The notes below the pieces were generated by a model, which was not told the origin of the DNA, did not search any database, and saw nothing but the letters and a program-made list of their open reading frames with translations. Shown here piece after piece: positions 60,884 through 64,000 of a stretch of DNA of 64,000 bases. Made by a program: the position numbers and the translations under genes. This DNA comes from Trichormus sp. ATA11-4-KO1 (GTDB taxonomy: Bacteria; Cyanobacteriota; Cyanobacteriia; Cyanobacteriales; Nostocaceae): the NCBI GenBank assembly GCA_019358915.1, contig JAHHIM010000019.1, forward strand, positions 18,703-82,702, given 5' to 3'. Every line of letters begins with the position of its first letter. Position 1 is the first letter of the stretch.

Positions 60884-62862
60884 GGGAGCAACGCGATTTG
60901 GTGAGGTCGGATCAAAAACCAGCGATAGCGAAGCGCTCCGTAGGAATCGCTAATAACCTCTTTTCAGTACAAAAATAAATTTATTACTTAATATTGCGTA
61001 TAAATACAGTAAAACTGACTACCTGTTCTGTAATGACGACAAAAAAGGTAAGATTCCCTTTAAATAGTGTTTTTAGATAGGGAATATCTGCCTTTTATGA
61101 CAAAAAATATATGTGCAACTCTTGATTTAAATAAATCAATAAAAACTTTTCAATCAAATGTTACAAAACTTTTAGATTTTGCTAACATCCCAGAATGGGA
61201 TGGAAAAAAGCTCAAAGAGCGAGAAGAAGAAATTAGAGTTCAGGCACTCATTTTAGCTGGACAATGTATAGCTCTTTTATTATATAATCTTTCAATATCA
61301 CCGAAAATTCTCGACTATTCTGTTGCTCAAACACAAGTATGGAGAAGCACAAACACACAAAAGCATGGTTATAAAAAGCGACAAATAGTAACAATTGGAA
61401 ATGTCGAAGTAACCTTAAACTTACCTTATGTACTTGAAAAGAATTCGACAAGTAAAAAATTTGATAATTCTCCGCTCAAGGAGCAAAAAATCAAAACCTC
61501 AAATCAAGGATTTTGTCCGTTTTTAAAGTGGCTAGGAATGTCTGAAGGTATTACCCCTTTGGTTTGGTCAACAATTGCCAAATATGGTGCAATTGCAAGC
61601 TCATTTGAAGCTGCACGTACAACACTAATTGATTGGGGAATAAACATTAGTCTAAAACGAATAGAACGGCTAACATATTATTTTGGTAAAATCGGAATAG
61701 ATTTACGTAAAAATAAGTTAAATGACTTAGAATCTGGTAGTTTATCTAACTTAAATACTCTGAAAGACCAACGTGTTGTAATCGCTGCGGACGGTGGTCG
61801 TACCCGTATTCGGATTAATAAAAAAGGAAGGCGTAAAGTAAAAACAAATCGTCATGGCTTTGTAGGCGAATGGATGGAGCCAAAATTACTAACAATTTAT
61901 GTAGTAAATGAACAAGGTAAAAAAATTAGAACATCGGCAATACCTATTATTAATGATGGCACGTATTCTGGTTATAAAGAATTCCTCAAAATTTTAGAAA
62001 TGTATTTGGTAAGTTTGGGTATAAGTGAAGCTAAACAGGTTTTATTGATTGCTGATGGGGCAGAGTGGATATGGATACACATTCCTCCTTTACTAAAAAA
62101 ATTAAAATGCCCAATTGAAACTTATCAATTATTAGACTTTTATCACGCAACATCACATTTACAAGACTTTGCTGATGCTGCTCTTAGCACAAATAATGAG
62201 CGACAACAATGGTTTAAAAAGGCACGTAAAACTTTAAGGAAAGGTCAAACACTAAATTTAATTAGAAACATGGACGAATTTATTTCCGGGGCAAGCGGAG
62301 AGCGTCTTAAAATTTTGGTACGGGAGCGTAACTATATTTTAAAAGCTTATAGACGGAGGCTTTTAAAATATAATGAAGTCGCATCCAAAAAACTTCCTCT
62401 TGGTAGTGGTGCTGTTGAAAGTTTAATTCGTCAAGTTGTGAATTTACGTATGAAAGGTAATAGTAAGTTTTGGCTTCAAGATAACGCAGAAATTATGTTA
62501 CATCTTCGTTGTCAATGGATAGCTAAAACTTGGGATAATTTTTCTGATTCTATCTTTAATTCGTTTATCAAACCCCAAACGTCCTGATAAATTTTATACT
62601 TTAATTCTGTATTTAATTTATTTTTTGCCATAATTAATACCAAGTATTAAAGACTTATCACAGATATATTTGGAAATAATCGTCAAATAACTTACTAGCA
62701 ATCTTTTTGAGATATCTCATCAAGATGATTTATCGTGTAATTACGTATATTATTTGCAAATAAAATTACTTTACACACAAATGTCAGTTTTAGTGAACTG
62801 ACAAGTCAGCGCTTGCGCTATCGCTTATTTTTTATCCCACCTCACAAAATCGCGTTGCTCCC
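60884..62862 (+). mobile_element. ISLre2-family-like insertion sequence, 1979 bp
   Basis: Imperfect terminal inverted repeats of about 55 bp (60884-60937 and 62808-62862), first 16 nt identical (GGGAGCAACGCGATTT); AT-rich interior. Confidence 0.85.
61097..62587 (+). CDS. ISLre2-family DDE transposase (apparently intact)
   Basis: DGGRTRIR, IADGAEWIW, LDFYHA..HL and GSGAVES..RQVV..RMK motifs in a single uninterrupted ORF. Confidence 0.85.
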   Translation: MTKNICATLDLNKSIKTFQSNVTKLLDFANIPEWDGKKLKEREEEIRVQALILAGQCIALLLYNLSISPKILDYSVAQTQVWRSTNTQKHGYKKRQIVTIGNVEVTLNLPYVLEKNSTSKKFDNSPLKEQKIKTSNQGFCPFLKWLGMSEGITPLVWSTIAKYGAIASSFEAARTTLIDWGINISLKRIERLTYYFGKIGIDLRKNKLNDLESGSLSNLNTLKDQRVVIAADGGRTRIRINKKGRRKVKTNRHGFVGEWMEPKLLTIYVVNEQGKKIRTSAIPIINDGTYSGYKEFLKILEMYLVSLGISEAKQVLLIADGAEWIWIHIPPLLKKLKCPIETYQLLDFYHATSHLQDFADAALSTNNERQQWFKKARKTLRKGQTLNLIRNMDEFISGASGERLKILVRERNYILKAYRRRLLKYNEVASKKLPLGSGAVESLIRQVVNLRMKGNSKFWLQDNAEIMLHLRCQWIAKTWDNFSDSIFNSFIKPQTS

Positions 62863-62882
62863 TTAAACAGATACTTTGATTT

Positions 62883-63091
62883 GTGTCTGTTGCCATGTTT
62901 AGTACGAAAGACCTTGAATTGAAGAAGATAGACCATTTAGGGATAGTGGCAGGAATAGTAGATTCAATAGGGATTGTAAAAATAATTAATAATTTAATAG
63001 GGTCAGAGTCAGAAGAAAAAGTCAGTGCGGGTCAGGTAGTAAAAGCGATGATTTTAAACGGCTTAAGTATGATGTCACAGCCATTATATAT
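62883..63091 (+). pseudogene. IS1634-family transposase N-terminal fragment (DUF4277-like)
   Basis: IDHLGIVAGIVD.IG...GQVVKAMILNGL....PLY; similarity stops abruptly at the IS701-like end at 63092. Confidence 0.75.
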
Positions 63092-64000
63092 CAGGACTTA
63101 CGCAACTGGCACAGGCGATCGCTAGCTTGTAGTGCATTTGTATTAGTGTAATTTGATTCGGAAAGCTTTGTCTTCGCAGTAAATTCGGTGTTTTGGAAGC
63201 AAAGAATGAAATATTCATGAGAAAATAGGTAGAGGTTGTATGAGATAAATCTTGCTGAGGGTAATGAGATTTACTAAACTTAACTACTGCCAATACTTAT
63301 TAAGTAGTCAAATTAATTATACGATGACCAATTTGGCAGAGCATTTAGAGACTATTAGCCATGATGCAATTAACTACTATTTGAAGAGTGAAAAGTTAAC
63401 ACCTCGATTACTCTGGGATAACGTGAAAGAGGTAGTTGAGCCGGATACGAATGGTTACATAATATTTGATGATAGCGTTTTAGATAAAAGGTATTCTGAA
63501 AAAATAGAAATAGTCAGGAGACAATATAGTGGTAATGAGCATGGTGTCCTCAAAGGTATTGGTGTAGTTAGTTGCGTGTATGTCAACCCTACTATTCAAA
63601 AATTTTGGGTAATAGATTACCGCATTTTTAATCCTGATGTCGATGGTAAAACCAAGATAGACCATGTGAAAGACATGCTGCAAAACCTTGTATATCATAA
63701 GCTTTTACTGGACTCAGTGCTGAGTGCTGAGTGCTGAGTGCTGAGTAATAAAAAGAATACTCGGCACTTTTGCACTCGGTAAATGCCCCGCCCCTTGTGG
63801 GCGGAATCTGATAATTAAGAGAAGGTTGATACCCCGCCCCTTGTGGGCGGTCTTTTAACTCAGCACTCTTCATCATTTGATACTGTTTTGATGGACACAT
63901 GGTATGCTGTACATAGTTTAATGCTTTATATTGATAGTCTAGACAAAATTTATTATTGCCCTTGAAAAAATAATCGGTTGGTTGATGATACATTTGGACA
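63092..64000 (+). mobile_element. IS701-family-like element with disrupted transposase (pseudogene from 63264, continuing past the window edge)
   Basis: Putative end CAGGACTTACGCAACTGGCAC. Protein YCQYLLSSQINYT..ISHD..IIFDDSVLDK..YSGNEH..GIG. Interrupted at 63709-63873, resumes as FDTVLMDTWYA, and has an in-frame TGA at 63963-63965. Confidence 0.85.
63709..63873 (-). mobile_element. 165-bp non-coding element inserted in the IS701 transposase
   Basis: Removing 63709-63873 restores ...HKLL-PFDTVLMD... in frame. Contains (TGCTGAG)n and two copies of CCCCGCCCCTTGTGGGCGG. Confidence 0.85.

Noticed and set aside
63628..63993. 121-aa minus-strand ORF spanning the 165-bp insert
   Set aside because: It is antisense to the IS701 transposase and crosses the insertion boundaries; YSALSTQHSAL is translated heptamer repeat.
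1..64000. CRISPR array, tRNA or rRNA genes
   Set aside because: I saw no regularly spaced 25-40 bp repeats with unique spacers and no tRNA or rRNA signatures by eye. A tRNAscan or Infernal run would be needed to exclude short RNAs.
1..64000. High density of GCGATCGC octamers as a novel signal
   Set aside because: This is the well-known cyanobacterial HIP1 repeat; used only as a taxonomic clue.

Overview
A 64 kb window of a filamentous, probably heterocyst-forming (Nostocales-like) cyanobacterial chromosome, judged from dense HIP1 octamers (GCGATCGC), heptamer STRR repeats, and psbU, btpA, zds and thyD-like genes. Most of it (about 1-60.4 kb) is housekeeping DNA: uppP, psbU, nadB, a CHASE2-PAS-GGDEF diguanylate cyclase, VKOR-Trx, btpA, rimO-crhR, fbaB, cobQ, hicAB, zds, iscA, a Cu-type P1B ATPase, UDG, lysS, a CHAT protease, dxr, two GT-C glycosyltransferases and a polysaccharide deacetylase. 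The last 3.5 kb is a pile-up of insertion sequences: an IS1 fragment, an intact ISLre2-like element, an IS1634 fragment and a disrupted IS701-like element. I saw no rRNA, tRNA or CRISPR array. The main leads are as follows. (1) A 78-aa probably secreted peptide ending in PPNYGGPDSQHGSGTR lies directly downstream of the CHASE2 cyclase and may be part of a peptide/CHASE2/c-di-GMP signalling module. (2) A small non-coding element has inserted into the IS701 transposase and has a second copy at 48.6 kb. (3) There are MITEs, nested tiny repeats and in-frame repeat insertions in the ATPase. (4) Structured leaders surround rimO-crhR. (5) A 54-aa ribbon-helix-helix gene missed by the ORF track sits in a 2.3 kb ORF-poor gap. 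All family assignments come from motif recognition by eye; no database searches were run.
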